From positions 17,194 through 81,193 of the forward strand of contig CAZJQL010000003.1 of the NCBI GenBank assembly GCA_964548665.1: DNA of 64,000 bases, in the 5' to 3' direction. The notes below the pieces were generated by a model. It had not been told where the DNA came from and searched no databases. It saw nothing but the letters and a program-made list of their open reading frames with translations. Every line of letters begins with the position of its first letter. The stretch's first letter is position 1. The position numbers and the translations under genes are program-made. Of the stretch, positions 17,778-28,590 are shown piece by piece. The stretch comes from an uncultured Methanosarcinales archaeon. GTDB taxonomy: Archaea; Nanobdellota; Nanobdellia; Woesearchaeales; 21-14-0-10-32-9.

Positions 17778-19150
17778 TAAAATTTAAGTCCTTTCAGACC
17801 TCCTCCTTGCATTTTTTGCATAAGTTTCTTGACATCTTTTTCAGACCCTGTTCCTTTCATCATTTTCATTAACTTTTTTGACTGTCTATATTGTTTAAGC
17901 ATACTTCTTAATTCTGTAGAGGGAACGCCTGACCCTTTGCTCACTCTTTCAATTCTAGATCCTGTTATTATTTCAGGATCCTCCAATTCTTCCTTAGTCA
18001 TGCTATCCATCATGTACTTCCATTTTTCAATTTTTCCTTCTTGGTTCTTAATTAACTCTTTTGGAATATTAACAGATCCCATTCCCGGAACAAGTTCGAT
18101 AAGCTTATTTAAAGGGCCCATTTTTTTCATGGCCTGCATTTGTTCATAAAGATCAAGTAAATTAAATTCTCCTTTCAAAAGCTTTTTGCTCATATCTGCA
18201 GCTTCTTCCTCAGAAATAGCTTCCTTTGTTTTTTCAAGAAGTGCTTCAAGATCTCCCATGCCTAGAAGTCTGCCAACAAAACCTTCTGGCTTGAACTCTT
18301 CAAAATCCTCATTTTTTTCTCCTATGCCTATGAATTTAACTGGAGCTCCAGTAACAGAACAAGCAATTAAAGCGCCTCCACCTTTAGCAGTACCATCAAG
18401 CTTAGTTATTATTACGCCTGTAACATTGCAGTTTTCATGAAAAGCTCTTGCTTGTTTTTCAGCAGCTTGACCTATATCTGCACTTAAAACAAGCATTGTT
18501 TCATCCGGTTTGATTTCTGAATTAATATTATTTAATTCAGAAATCAATTCATCTGAAAGAGCATCTCTGCCTGCTGTATCAACAATAACAAGATCGAACG
18601 AACTAATTTCTTTCTCAAATTTTTTATAGATTTTAGCAGGATCCTTTAAAGATTTGTCTCCAAAAAAATGAATGTTATGCTTCTCAGATATTTGTTTAAG
18701 TTGATCAAACGCAGCAGGTCTCCAAGTATCAGTTGTTATGACTGCTGTTTTAATTCCTCTTTTCTTAAAATAAGTTCCAAGTTTTCCAGTAGTAGTTGTT
18801 TTACCAGAACCAAATAAACCAACGAGCATAATTTTATAAGGTTGTTTAGAAGCAATCTTTGATTTGTAATCAACTCTTTCTCCTTTTCCAAGAAAATTAA
18901 CAAGCTCTTCATAAACAATATTGACAAGGTGCTCTTTTTTGCTTATATTCCTAGGGGTTTCTTCTTTTAAAGCACGGTCTTTTATTTTCTTTGTAAGCTC
19001 AAGAACAAGAGAAACATTAACATCAGATTGAAGAAGAGCTCTTTGAATATCTTTAACTAACTCATTAACTAATTTTTCATCAACAAATAAAGCTTTAGTA
19101 ATCTTCTGCAATGTATTCTTTAAAGAATTTGATAAACCATCAAGGACCAT
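17777..19150 (-). CDS. srp54: Signal recognition particle protein SRP54
   Basis: N domain, then the G domain GLFGSGKTTTTGKL, DTAGR, TKLDG.AKGG, and a Met-rich M domain (MKKMGPLNKL...PGMG). 457 aa. Confidence 0.95.
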   Translation of the reverse strand: MVLDGLSNSLKNTLQKITKALFVDEKLVNELVKDIQRALLQSDVNVSLVLELTKKIKDRALKEETPRNISKKEHLVNIVYEELVNFLGKGERVDYKSKIASKQPYKIMLVGLFGSGKTTTTGKLGTYFKKRGIKTAVITTDTWRPAAFDQLKQISEKHNIHFFGDKSLKDPAKIYKKFEKEISSFDLVIVDTAGRDALSDELISELNNINSEIKPDETMLVLSADIGQAAEKQARAFHENCNVTGVIITKLDGTAKGGGALIACSVTGAPVKFIGIGEKNEDFEEFKPEGFVGRLLGMGDLEALLEKTKEAISEEEAADMSKKLLKGEFNLLDLYEQMQAMKKMGPLNKLIELVPGMGSVNIPKELIKNQEGKIEKWKYMMDSMTKEELEDPEIITGSRIERVSKGSGVPSTELRSMLKQYRQSKKLMKMMKGTGSEKDVKKLMQKMQGGGLKGLKF

Positions 19151-19223
19151 GATGACGAGAAGGAAACTTTATTTATAAAGTTTATTCAATAAATATATAA
19201 ATTAATATTTGTAAGAGAGAAAT

Positions 19224-20393
19224 ATGAGATTAAAAGGTCAGGCTGCTCTAGAGTTTTTGACCACTTATGGTTGGGCTTTTTTGATTATTCTAGTGATGGT
19301 TGGAGGATTTGCTTATTTTGGGGTATTTGATATTGGAACAACAGAAACTTGTGTCGGAGGCGTAGAATTTTATTGTAATCAGCATATAATAACGGATACT
19401 TATCAACTAGTTAATCTTAAAAATAATTTAAACGAAGATATTCTTGTAAGTAATGCTTCAGTTTATAGAAATGCTGACTTTCTTGGAGCATGTGTTGTTA
19501 ATAGTTACGTTTCTGCTGAATCTGAATTTGAGATTTATTGTAGGGCTAATTTATCAGAAAATAAAAAAGAGTTATTAAAAATAAAATTATTGTATTATTC
19601 GTCTACAGGGAGTATTGCTTATGCAAAACAGATGTATGTGGAAATTAAAACCCGAGTTAAAAGTTCTTCAGAATTAAGTAATATAATCAACAATAATTTG
19701 CAGAATCCACAAAAATACTATTCTTTTGAAAATGGAACTACCGGATCTATTGTTGATAGTTCTGGAGGATATACATTAACAGGGTCTGGAGTTAGTTACG
19801 TTGATGGGTTTAATGGGAGAGGATTGCTTATAGATGGATCAGATACTTTGGGGAGATATAATTCTGGAAATACAGTGAATGCTTCTGAATATACTATATT
19901 AATGTGGACTAAACCAAATTGGAACGGAAATGATAATAAAATTTACACTTTTTTTAGAATTGACGATGACGGAGCTGGTTGCTGGAAACATGCACTTATA
20001 AAAGACTCAAACAATAATTTAAAATTTGGTTTTAATAGGGTGTGCTCAGATACTCAAACAGTTACTTATAATGTAGCAAACTGGAATGCTGGATCCTGGT
20101 ACCATGTAGCAGCAGTATTCAAACATGGAGGCTCATCTTATTTATACGTTAATGGACAAATTGTTGGATCTATTAGTAATAGCAACATGGTTAGTTCTCC
20201 AGCCATGGATTGGTTTACACTTGGAAGCTGGAAGCCTGGTTCATGGTATGTTGCTTATGGCGATCATTTGTGGATGACTGATCAAGAATTCGCTACAAAT
20301 AATTTAACATTTAATGGTGTTTTAGATGAAGTAAAAATATATGATTATGCTTTATCTTCAGATAGCATAAGAGCAGAGTATAATAGAAGATAA
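19224..20393 (+). CDS. Class III (type IV pilin-like) signal peptide protein with a C-terminal LamG/concanavalin-type lectin domain
   Basis: The N-terminus [33 protein letters not shown] gives a KG/Q prepilin-peptidase-type site and a hydrophobic helix. The C-terminus (W.HVAAVF...LYVNGQIVG...[24 protein letters not shown]) matches the Laminin_G_3 pattern. Confidence 0.75.
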   Translation: MRLKGQAALEFLTTYGWAFLIILVMVGGFAYFGVFDIGTTETCVGGVEFYCNQHIITDTYQLVNLKNNLNEDILVSNASVYRNADFLGACVVNSYVSAESEFEIYCRANLSENKKELLKIKLLYYSSTGSIAYAKQMYVEIKTRVKSSSELSNIINNNLQNPQKYYSFENGTTGSIVDSSGGYTLTGSGVSYVDGFNGRGLLIDGSDTLGRYNSGNTVNASEYTILMWTKPNWNGNDNKIYTFFRIDDDGAGCWKHALIKDSNNNLKFGFNRVCSDTQTVTYNVANWNAGSWYHVAAVFKHGGSSYLYVNGQIVGSISNSNMVSSPAMDWFTLGSWKPGSWYVAYGDHLWMTDQEFATNNLTFNGVLDEVKIYDYALSSDSIRAEYNRR

Positions 20394-20413
20394 TAATTTA
20401 TTTAACCAAAAAA

Positions 20414-22378
<1,965 letters not shown>

Positions 22379-22516
22379 TTAGAATCTATGCTTTGAAAAT
22401 GATGGTTCTTATATAAATGTTTTGATTAAACATTATTTATTTTCTATATAGATAATAATTGCTGTTTCTGAACAAAAAACAATATTTTAAATATTATTTA
22501 TTAATCAACAAAAATA

Positions 22517-23089
22517 ATGGCTTTAGCAGAAACATTTAGCTTTTCAATATCAGTGCTTGTTTTAGCATTAGGTGTGGTTCTATGTATAGCTTTGCTTTTA
22601 CATATAATAATGAAAATAAAATTATTGAACGAACCAAAATACTACGCAATTCTAAAAAATGTACTAAAACAAAATAGTCTTCTATTAATTTTTATAATAT
22701 CAATGATTGCAACAATGGGAAGCTTGTTTTATTCAGAAATAATAGGATACGCTCCTTGTAAACTCTGCTGGTTCCAAAGAATATTCATGTATCCGATACC
22801 CTTATTAGCAGGAATTGCACTCATAAAAAAAGACCAAACAATAAAAAAATATATCTTATTTTTAGCAATAATTGGTGCAATATTTTCAATTTATCATTAC
22901 TCAATACAATTTTTGCCTCAACTAGTTGCATGCACAATAGATGGTGCTAATTGTGCAGAAAAACAAAGCTTTTACTTCGGATACATAACAATACCTATGA
23001 TGGCGCTTACAGCATTCATAACTATAACATTACTTTCATCAACAAAAAATAAAACAAATCAAAACAAAAATAAAAAAATAGAAAAATAA
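22517..23089 (+). CDS. DsbB/BdbC-family disulfide bond formation protein
   Basis: A polytopic membrane protein with YAPCKLCWFQRIFMYPIPLL (CxxC in the first periplasmic loop, as in BdbC/DsbB) and a second Cys pair (ACTIDGANC). Confidence 0.65.
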   Translation: MALAETFSFSISVLVLALGVVLCIALLLHIIMKIKLLNEPKYYAILKNVLKQNSLLLIFIISMIATMGSLFYSEIIGYAPCKLCWFQRIFMYPIPLLAGIALIKKDQTIKKYILFLAIIGAIFSIYHYSIQFLPQLVACTIDGANCAEKQSFYFGYITIPMMALTAFITITLLSSTKNKTNQNKNKKIEK

Positions 23090-23116
23090 TATAACTAACA
23101 CACTAATACTAGTAAA

Positions 23117-23302
23117 ATGAAACAAGAAATAGCAGAAATAATATCAAATCAGACAGGTCTAGATTCTTCCGAAATTCTTCCTCAAATAGAAATACCTCCA
23201 GATGAATCTCTTGGCGACTACTCATTTCCATGCTTCATTCTTTCAAAAAAAGAAAAGAAAGCACCGAAAATCAAAGCAGAAGAATTAGTAAAAAAACTGT
23301 AA
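23117..23302 (+). CDS. argS: Arginyl-tRNA synthetase, N-terminal domain fragment (ends at an in-frame TAA)
   Basis: MKQEIAEIISNQTGLDSSEILPQIEIPPDESLGDYSFPCFILSKK...AEELVKKL is the ArgRS N-terminal (Arg_tRNA_synt_N) pattern. It shares a reading frame with 23333-24802. Confidence 0.7.
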   Translation: MKQEIAEIISNQTGLDSSEILPQIEIPPDESLGDYSFPCFILSKKEKKAPKIKAEELVKKL

Positions 23303-23332
23303 CAAACAAAAAAAATAGAAAAAATAGAGAGA

Positions 23333-24802
23333 TTGGAAGCAGTAAACGGATACCTGAATTTTTATATAAATAAAACTTGGCTTGTCTCAAAAGTGATGCG
23401 AGAAATATTATCTAAACAAGAAAAATATGGTTTACAGAATATCGGAAAAAATAAAGTTATTCTTGTTGAGATGTCTTCACCTAATATAGCAAAAGCATTT
23501 GGAATAGGCCATCTTCGTTCCACAATGATAGGCAATTCAATAGCAAAAATTCATTCTTCTTTAGGTTTTGATGTTAAAAAACTAAATTATTTAGGAGATT
23601 GGGGAACACAATTCGGAAAATTAATTTATGCATACAAAAAATATGGGGATGAAAAAGAACTAAAACAACATCCAATAAAACATCTTCAAGAATTGTACGT
23701 AAAAATAAATGCAGAAATGAATGACAAAATAGAACAAGAGTCAAGAGAAATATTCAAGAAATTAGAGGAAGGAGATAAGGAATTAATAAAAATATGGAAA
23801 AAATTTAAAGAATACAGCTTAAAAGAATTTGAATATGTCTATGAGTTGCTAGGCGTAGAATTTGATGATGTACAAGCAGAATCTGACTTTAACAAAAAAG
23901 CAGAAGATGCTTTTGATCAATTGCAAACCAAAAATCTAATCAAAGAAAGCCAAGGCGCATTTGTTGTTGATTTAGAAGAATTCGGATTAGGAGTTGCAAT
24001 AGTTAAAAAAACAGATGGCACAACAATATATGCTTCAAGAGATCTTGCAGCAGCGATAGCAAGAAAACAAAAATATAACTTTGAAAAACTAATATACGAA
24101 GTTGGAGCAGAACAACAACTTCATTTCAAACAATTCTTCAAAATACTTGAATTATTAGAATATCCGTGGGCAAAAAATCTTGAACACGTAGATCATGGTT
24201 TATATCTAGGAAAAGACGGAAAAAAATTATCAACAAGACAAGGAAAATCTTATAAGATGCTTGACATATGGGAAGCAGTAAGCACAAAAGTAGAAGAGCT
24301 AATAAAAAACAAGAATATTTCAAAAAAAGAGGCAGATAAAAGAATAAAAACAATAACTAGAGCCGCCATAATATACTCCGATCTAAAAAATTACAGGAGA
24401 AGAGATATTATATTTGATCCTGAAAAAATGACTTCTTTAGAAGGAGAAACAGGACCATATATGCTTTACACATATGCAAGGGCTAATTCCATATTAAAAA
24501 AAATAAATTATAAGAAAAAAGAAAAAATCAGGGAAGAAGAACCTGTAAAAGAAGAAATAAAACTAATTAAAACACTATCTTTATATCCTGATGTGTTGAT
24601 GAAAGCATACAAAGACAACGACCCATCACAAATAGCAAACTACACATTCTCAATCGCAAAGCAGTTCAACTCATTCTACGAAAACTGCACTGTAATTGGT
24701 GACGAGAAACAAGAATACAGAGCACAAATAATCCACGCATACAAAATTGTTCTAGGCAACGCCTTAGACTTGCTAGGAATAGAAATCCTAGAAGAGATGT
24801 AA
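23333..24802 (+). CDS. argS: Arginyl-tRNA synthetase, catalytic core and anticodon-binding (DALR) domains
   Basis: EAVNGYLNFYI (end of the N domain), SSPNIAKAFGIGHLRSTMIGN (HIGH region), TIYASRDLAAA, and the C-terminal DALR-type helices. The only upstream start is TTG at 23333. The frame is continuous with 23117-23302 apart from one TAA. Confidence 0.85.
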   Translation: MEAVNGYLNFYINKTWLVSKVMREILSKQEKYGLQNIGKNKVILVEMSSPNIAKAFGIGHLRSTMIGNSIAKIHSSLGFDVKKLNYLGDWGTQFGKLIYAYKKYGDEKELKQHPIKHLQELYVKINAEMNDKIEQESREIFKKLEEGDKELIKIWKKFKEYSLKEFEYVYELLGVEFDDVQAESDFNKKAEDAFDQLQTKNLIKESQGAFVVDLEEFGLGVAIVKKTDGTTIYASRDLAAAIARKQKYNFEKLIYEVGAEQQLHFKQFFKILELLEYPWAKNLEHVDHGLYLGKDGKKLSTRQGKSYKMLDIWEAVSTKVEELIKNKNISKKEADKRIKTITRAAIIYSDLKNYRRRDIIFDPEKMTSLEGETGPYMLYTYARANSILKKINYKKKEKIREEEPVKEEIKLIKTLSLYPDVLMKAYKDNDPSQIANYTFSIAKQFNSFYENCTVIGDEKQEYRAQIIHAYKIVLGNALDLLGIEILEEM

Positions 24803-24873
24803 GCCTCTGGGGAGAGTTGCACTCCCGACCTTCGCTTTACGAGAGCGACGCAATACTGCTATGCTACAGAGGC
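24802..24873 (-). tRNA. tRNA-Thr (anticodon CGU)
   Basis: Minus strand: GCCTCTG TA GCAT AGCAGTAT TTGC G TCGCT CTCGTAA AGCGA AGGTC GGGAG TGCAACT CTCCC CAGAGGC. This gives a 7-bp acceptor, a 5-bp anticodon stem and a 5-bp T stem. The anticodon CGT is at positions 34-36. No encoded CCA. Confidence 0.8.
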
Positions 24874-24877
24874 AAGT

Positions 24878-25033
24878 TTAATTTATTTTCTTCTTAATAT
24901 CTTCGGAACTAAGATTTTTCTGACAATTTTGACAAACTGCGTGTTTTTTGCCTTTATCATCTTTAACATAAGTTCCGATGATTTTTCTAAGAAAAGTTTC
25001 ATTAATCCTAGATTTACATATTGTGCAATTCAT
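24878..25033 (-). CDS. Small zinc-ribbon protein (51 aa, not in the ORF track)
   Basis: My translation: MNCTICKSRINETFLRKIIGTYVKDDKGKKHAVCQNCQKNLSSEDIKKKIN. Two CxxC pairs, and a TATA-like tttaaata about 25 nt upstream. Confidence 0.35.
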   Translation of the reverse strand: MNCTICKSRINETFLRKIIGTYVKDDKGKKHAVCQNCQKNLSSEDIKKKIN

Positions 25034-25069
25034 TATTTATAAGAATAAAATCTTATTTAAAAAAGTTAT

Positions 25070-25663
25070 CTAAAAAAACAAACCAAATGTGACAAATGCA
25101 AGCGATGTTAGAACCATTATTGCATAAATTGTTTTATCCCATGCATAAATTTTTGCGCCATCGAAGAGACCAAAAGGAATCATATTAAACAAAGCCAGCC
25201 AAGAATTTATTAAAAAACCATAAAAAAAGAAGTTTCCTATTAATCCTTTAAACAAAAAAATTCCTGGTATGAATGCGAGAGCCAAAAAAATATTCATTAA
25301 AGGACCAGCAGCAGAAATAATTCCGTTTTCCTTCCTGTTTATGGTTCCTCTTATGTGGACTGCGCCTGGTGCTGCAAAGATAAATCCAAAAAAGCTCATC
25401 AAAACTGCAAGTCCTAGCATCATGTTGTCTGAAAAAAATTCTGCATGACACTTATATTTCTGAGCCATAAATTTATGCCCTAGTTCATGCAATAAAAAAC
25501 CTAGTCCTGCAGTTAATAATGCAATCACAAAATTAAGTAATAAACCCCAAGTAGGTTTTAATGAATAAATATCTTCCAGAGAGAGCAGTATTGTGAATGC
25601 AACACTTATAAGAATCCAAGACTTAATCAAATCTTTAATTTCTCTATTATTAAATCTCAACAT
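25070..25663 (-). CDS. M50-family (site-2 protease-like) membrane metalloprotease
   Basis: HExxH in LLHELGHKFMAQ within a TM helix. There are multiple TM segments and a second conserved region, NLIPFGLFDG-like (FNMIPFGLFDGAKI). Confidence 0.8.
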   Translation of the reverse strand: MLRFNNREIKDLIKSWILISVAFTILLSLEDIYSLKPTWGLLLNFVIALLTAGLGFLLHELGHKFMAQKYKCHAEFFSDNMMLGLAVLMSFFGFIFAAPGAVHIRGTINRKENGIISAAGPLMNIFLALAFIPGIFLFKGLIGNFFFYGFLINSWLALFNMIPFGLFDGAKIYAWDKTIYAIMVLTSLAFVTFGLFF

Positions 25664-25667
25664 GCAG

Positions 25668-27170
25668 CTAGGATAACTTCTTCTTTTTATTAGCTTTTTG
25701 GTTTGTCTCTTTTGATTTATCTTTGCTATATTCTTGTCTTCCTATAGGTTCGTAAACAATTCCTTCTTTCGGTCTTAAAGTTATAAATTTACTGAAAAAA
25801 GTCTTTTCTTTCTCCTTGAATTTTATTGAAACAACTTTTTCTTCTTTTATTCTAGGTGTTAAAGTGAATGCAACTAAAAATCGCATTATTGATGATACGA
25901 AGAAAACAAATAAGTAAGATGATGAAAATAAAATTTCTGGAAGAGTTAAAAGAAAACTTCCTATTATGGTTCCTATGAATACAGCAAAACCTGAAATCAT
26001 GTTGTTATATGCATAAAATTTTATTCTTTGCTTCGAGTTAACTGATTCAAGCATAAATGTTGAACAGCTTAAATTAAACCCTGCCCATATAAATCCTGAA
26101 AAAATTTCTATTCCAGAGATTATTCTCCAATCCGCTGTGAAGATCCATGCTAAAGGTATTGCGGGTATTATTAAGGAAGTCAGAGTAAATATTGATCTAG
26201 AGCCGTATTTGTCTATTAAGCTTCCCCACCATTTCATTGATAAAAAGGAACTTATTGCTGCAGAAACAGTCACTATTGTAAAAATAAAATAATCAAATTT
26301 CAAAATCTGAAGCATGTATATTGTGAAAAAAGGTGCTGCTATGTTTACTGAAAATCTATATAATGAATAAAATATGGTGAATGAACCAAAATTATTCTGT
26401 TTAGAATTTTTTATGAATTGAACAAGAGTATAGGGTTCAGATTTGTAAGCAGAAGGATTGGGATCATAAAACTTTCTTTGATATTTAGATGCGATAAAAG
26501 AAGAAGCGAATGCTAGAAAAAATATTATGAAAAAACCTAAGCCGTTAGAGAATGATGAGAACTTACTAAGTATGAATCCTGCTAATAGAGTCAATATAAA
26601 ACCAGATAAACCTGTTATTATGTTTCTTTCACTGAAATATTTTCCTAATTTATTTCCAGGAACTGTATCTCCCATTAATGCGTTCCAAATAGGGGATTGT
26701 ATGTTCATCATAATTGTATCTAGCACTATGAGTATTATGAGTAATGCGGGATAATTAATTGAAAATAGTGCGATTAAGGACACGATTAACCAATGAAAAG
26801 ACTCTATTGTTGAAGCATAGTAAAGCACTTTGTGTCTGCTTTTTAGGAACTGACTTAGTTTATCTGAAAGTATTTGGGCTGATGCTCCAAATAGTTGAGG
26901 GAGTGAAGATAGGATTGCTACTAGGCCTGGTGTAAAGCCTAAGCTTAATGCAAATGGGACAATGTAGTTGCTAGTTAGGCCTGTTTTTGCAGCTTTGAAT
27001 GCGCCTTCATACTTTGCAAAAGACATTGTTTTTGCTTGTCGTTCATGTGTTGTAAGACTATTTTTATCTTCTTGTTCTTTTTGTGCTGGTTTAGGTTTGT
27101 CTTTCCTTTTCACTCTTACTTGAGTAAGGGTTTTTCCATTTTTTGTTATATCTACTGCGAATAATGTCAA
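25668..27170 (-). CDS. MFS-type transporter
   Basis: About 12 predicted hydrophobic helices in two halves. The start is uncertain: TTG at 27170 adds a Lys-rich 48-aa leader, and the first ATG is at 27026 (MSFAKYEG). Confidence 0.65.
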   Translation of the reverse strand: MTLFAVDITKNGKTLTQVRVKRKDKPKPAQKEQEDKNSLTTHERQAKTMSFAKYEGAFKAAKTGLTSNYIVPFALSLGFTPGLVAILSSLPQLFGASAQILSDKLSQFLKSRHKVLYYASTIESFHWLIVSLIALFSINYPALLIILIVLDTIMMNIQSPIWNALMGDTVPGNKLGKYFSERNIITGLSGFILTLLAGFILSKFSSFSNGLGFFIIFFLAFASSFIASKYQRKFYDPNPSAYKSEPYTLVQFIKNSKQNNFGSFTIFYSLYRFSVNIAAPFFTIYMLQILKFDYFIFTIVTVSAAISSFLSMKWWGSLIDKYGSRSIFTLTSLIIPAIPLAWIFTADWRIISGIEIFSGFIWAGFNLSCSTFMLESVNSKQRIKFYAYNNMISGFAVFIGTIIGSFLLTLPEILFSSSYLFVFFVSSIMRFLVAFTLTPRIKEEKVVSIKFKEKEKTFFSKFITLRPKEGIVYEPIGRQEYSKDKSKETNQKANKKKKLS

Positions 27171-27376
27171 TTTTTCATCTCTTTTTTTTGGGGGCTGACA
27201 GGTTTCTTTTTGAATTTATATACTTTTCGAAAAAGTATATCAATATACTAAAAAATATATTAGAATACATATGTTTGGTTACATGTTGTTTGCATTGCTG
27301 CTTAAAAACTTAAAATTGCTTTCAAACAACAAGAAATTTAAGAAACTATATAAGTAAAAAGAAAATTTTAAAAAAC

Positions 27377-28261
27377 ATGAATCAAGAAGAAATAAATGCC
27401 CACTTGCTAGCAGGAAAAGTAGCTTGTTCAGCACTTGATCTAGGTCAAAACCTTATAAAACCAGGACAAAGCATGATAAAAGTATTAGAAGAAATAGAAC
27501 AACATATTCTAAGTCAAGGCGCACAAATGGCGTTTCCTCCACAAATTGCTCTAAATAATGTTGCTGCACACTTCTGTCCAGACACTCAAGACGTATTATT
27601 CAAAGAAGGAGATGTGGTAAAACTAGATTTAGGAGTAAGCATAAATGGATACATAGCAGATACTGCTAGAACAATAGACTTAGGATCAAATAAAGAACTT
27701 ATTGATGCTTCAAAAGAGGCATTAAATCAAGCACTAAAACTAATAAAGCCAGGAGTTCAAATAAGAGAAATAGGAAAAACAATACAAGAAACAATAGAAA
27801 GCTATGGATTTACGCCAATACACAATTTATCAGGACATGGTTTAGGAAGATATAGAATTCACGGAGCTCCAACCATACCCAACATTAATACAGGAGATAA
27901 AACACAACTAAAAGAAAATCAAACAATTGCGGTGGAACCATTTGCAACAAATGGAATAGGAACAGTTTATGAAAGTGGGACCCCAACATTATTTTCTTTA
28001 AACTATGATAAACCAGTCAGAAGTCCAATGACTAGACAAATATTAGTTGAAATAAAAAAACATAATGGTTTGCCTTTTGCTTCAAGATGGTTAACAAAAA
28101 AATTTGGAACCGCAAAAACATCCTTTGCATTAAGAGAGTTAACTCAACTAGGAATGCTAGATGCACATCCTCCTCTACTGGAGAAAGCACAAGGCCTTGT
28201 TAGTCAAGCTGAACATTCAGTAATTGTCAAAGATAAACCAATTATATATACTAAATTATAA
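27377..28261 (+). CDS. map: Methionine aminopeptidase, type 2 (archaeal)
   Basis: AHFCPD, DVVKLDLGVSINGYIADTARTI, NLSGHGLGRYRIHG, VEPFATNG and AEHSVIV provide the metal ligands and the type 2 insert. 294 aa. Confidence 0.9.
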   Translation: MNQEEINAHLLAGKVACSALDLGQNLIKPGQSMIKVLEEIEQHILSQGAQMAFPPQIALNNVAAHFCPDTQDVLFKEGDVVKLDLGVSINGYIADTARTIDLGSNKELIDASKEALNQALKLIKPGVQIREIGKTIQETIESYGFTPIHNLSGHGLGRYRIHGAPTIPNINTGDKTQLKENQTIAVEPFATNGIGTVYESGTPTLFSLNYDKPVRSPMTRQILVEIKKHNGLPFASRWLTKKFGTAKTSFALRELTQLGMLDAHPPLLEKAQGLVSQAEHSVIVKDKPIIYTKL

Positions 28262-28315
28262 AATTATACAAAAATTATAAAAACAAAAACTAAACAAATA
28301 ACACAGAAAATTAAA

Positions 28316-28531
28316 ATGAAGAAAATAGAAATAGTCAATTTAGATCAGGAATCAACATATTACATAAAGAAAGCCATAGGCATTGTTTTAATAATACTTG
28401 GAATAATACTCATATTTGAATACATTTTTCATGCTCTTAAAATATTGTTGGCAATAATTCTATTTCTTGTAGGAATATATTTATTATCTGACTACACAAA
28501 ACTTAAATGGATAAGATTTCGAAGATTCTAA
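28316..28531 (+). CDS. Small membrane protein (two TM helices)
   Basis: AIGIVLIILGIILIFEYIF and ILLAIILFLVGIYLL hydrophobic segments; no recognisable family. Confidence 0.4.
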   Translation: MKKIEIVNLDQESTYYIKKAIGIVLIILGIILIFEYIFHALKILLAIILFLVGIYLLSDYTKLKWIRFRRF

Positions 28532-28590
28532 TGCTAGCATACAAAAGCATTTAAATATATAAAAAAAGGATTTTCATAAAAGAGGCAAAA

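Noticed and set aside
23300-23302. The idea that the aaRS paralogue, radical SAM enzyme and biosynthetic genes (33.9-42.9 kb) form a Pyl-like genetic-code-expansion cassette that decodes the in-frame TAA in argS.
   Set aside because: TAA is the ordinary stop of most genes in this window. I could find no tRNA with a UUA (or other stop-complementary) anticodon; only Thr-CGU, Ala-GGC and CAU tRNAs are present. The unexplained region 33717-33883 does not fold into a cloverleaf. I keep it only as a remote possibility, testable by a genome-wide tRNA scan.
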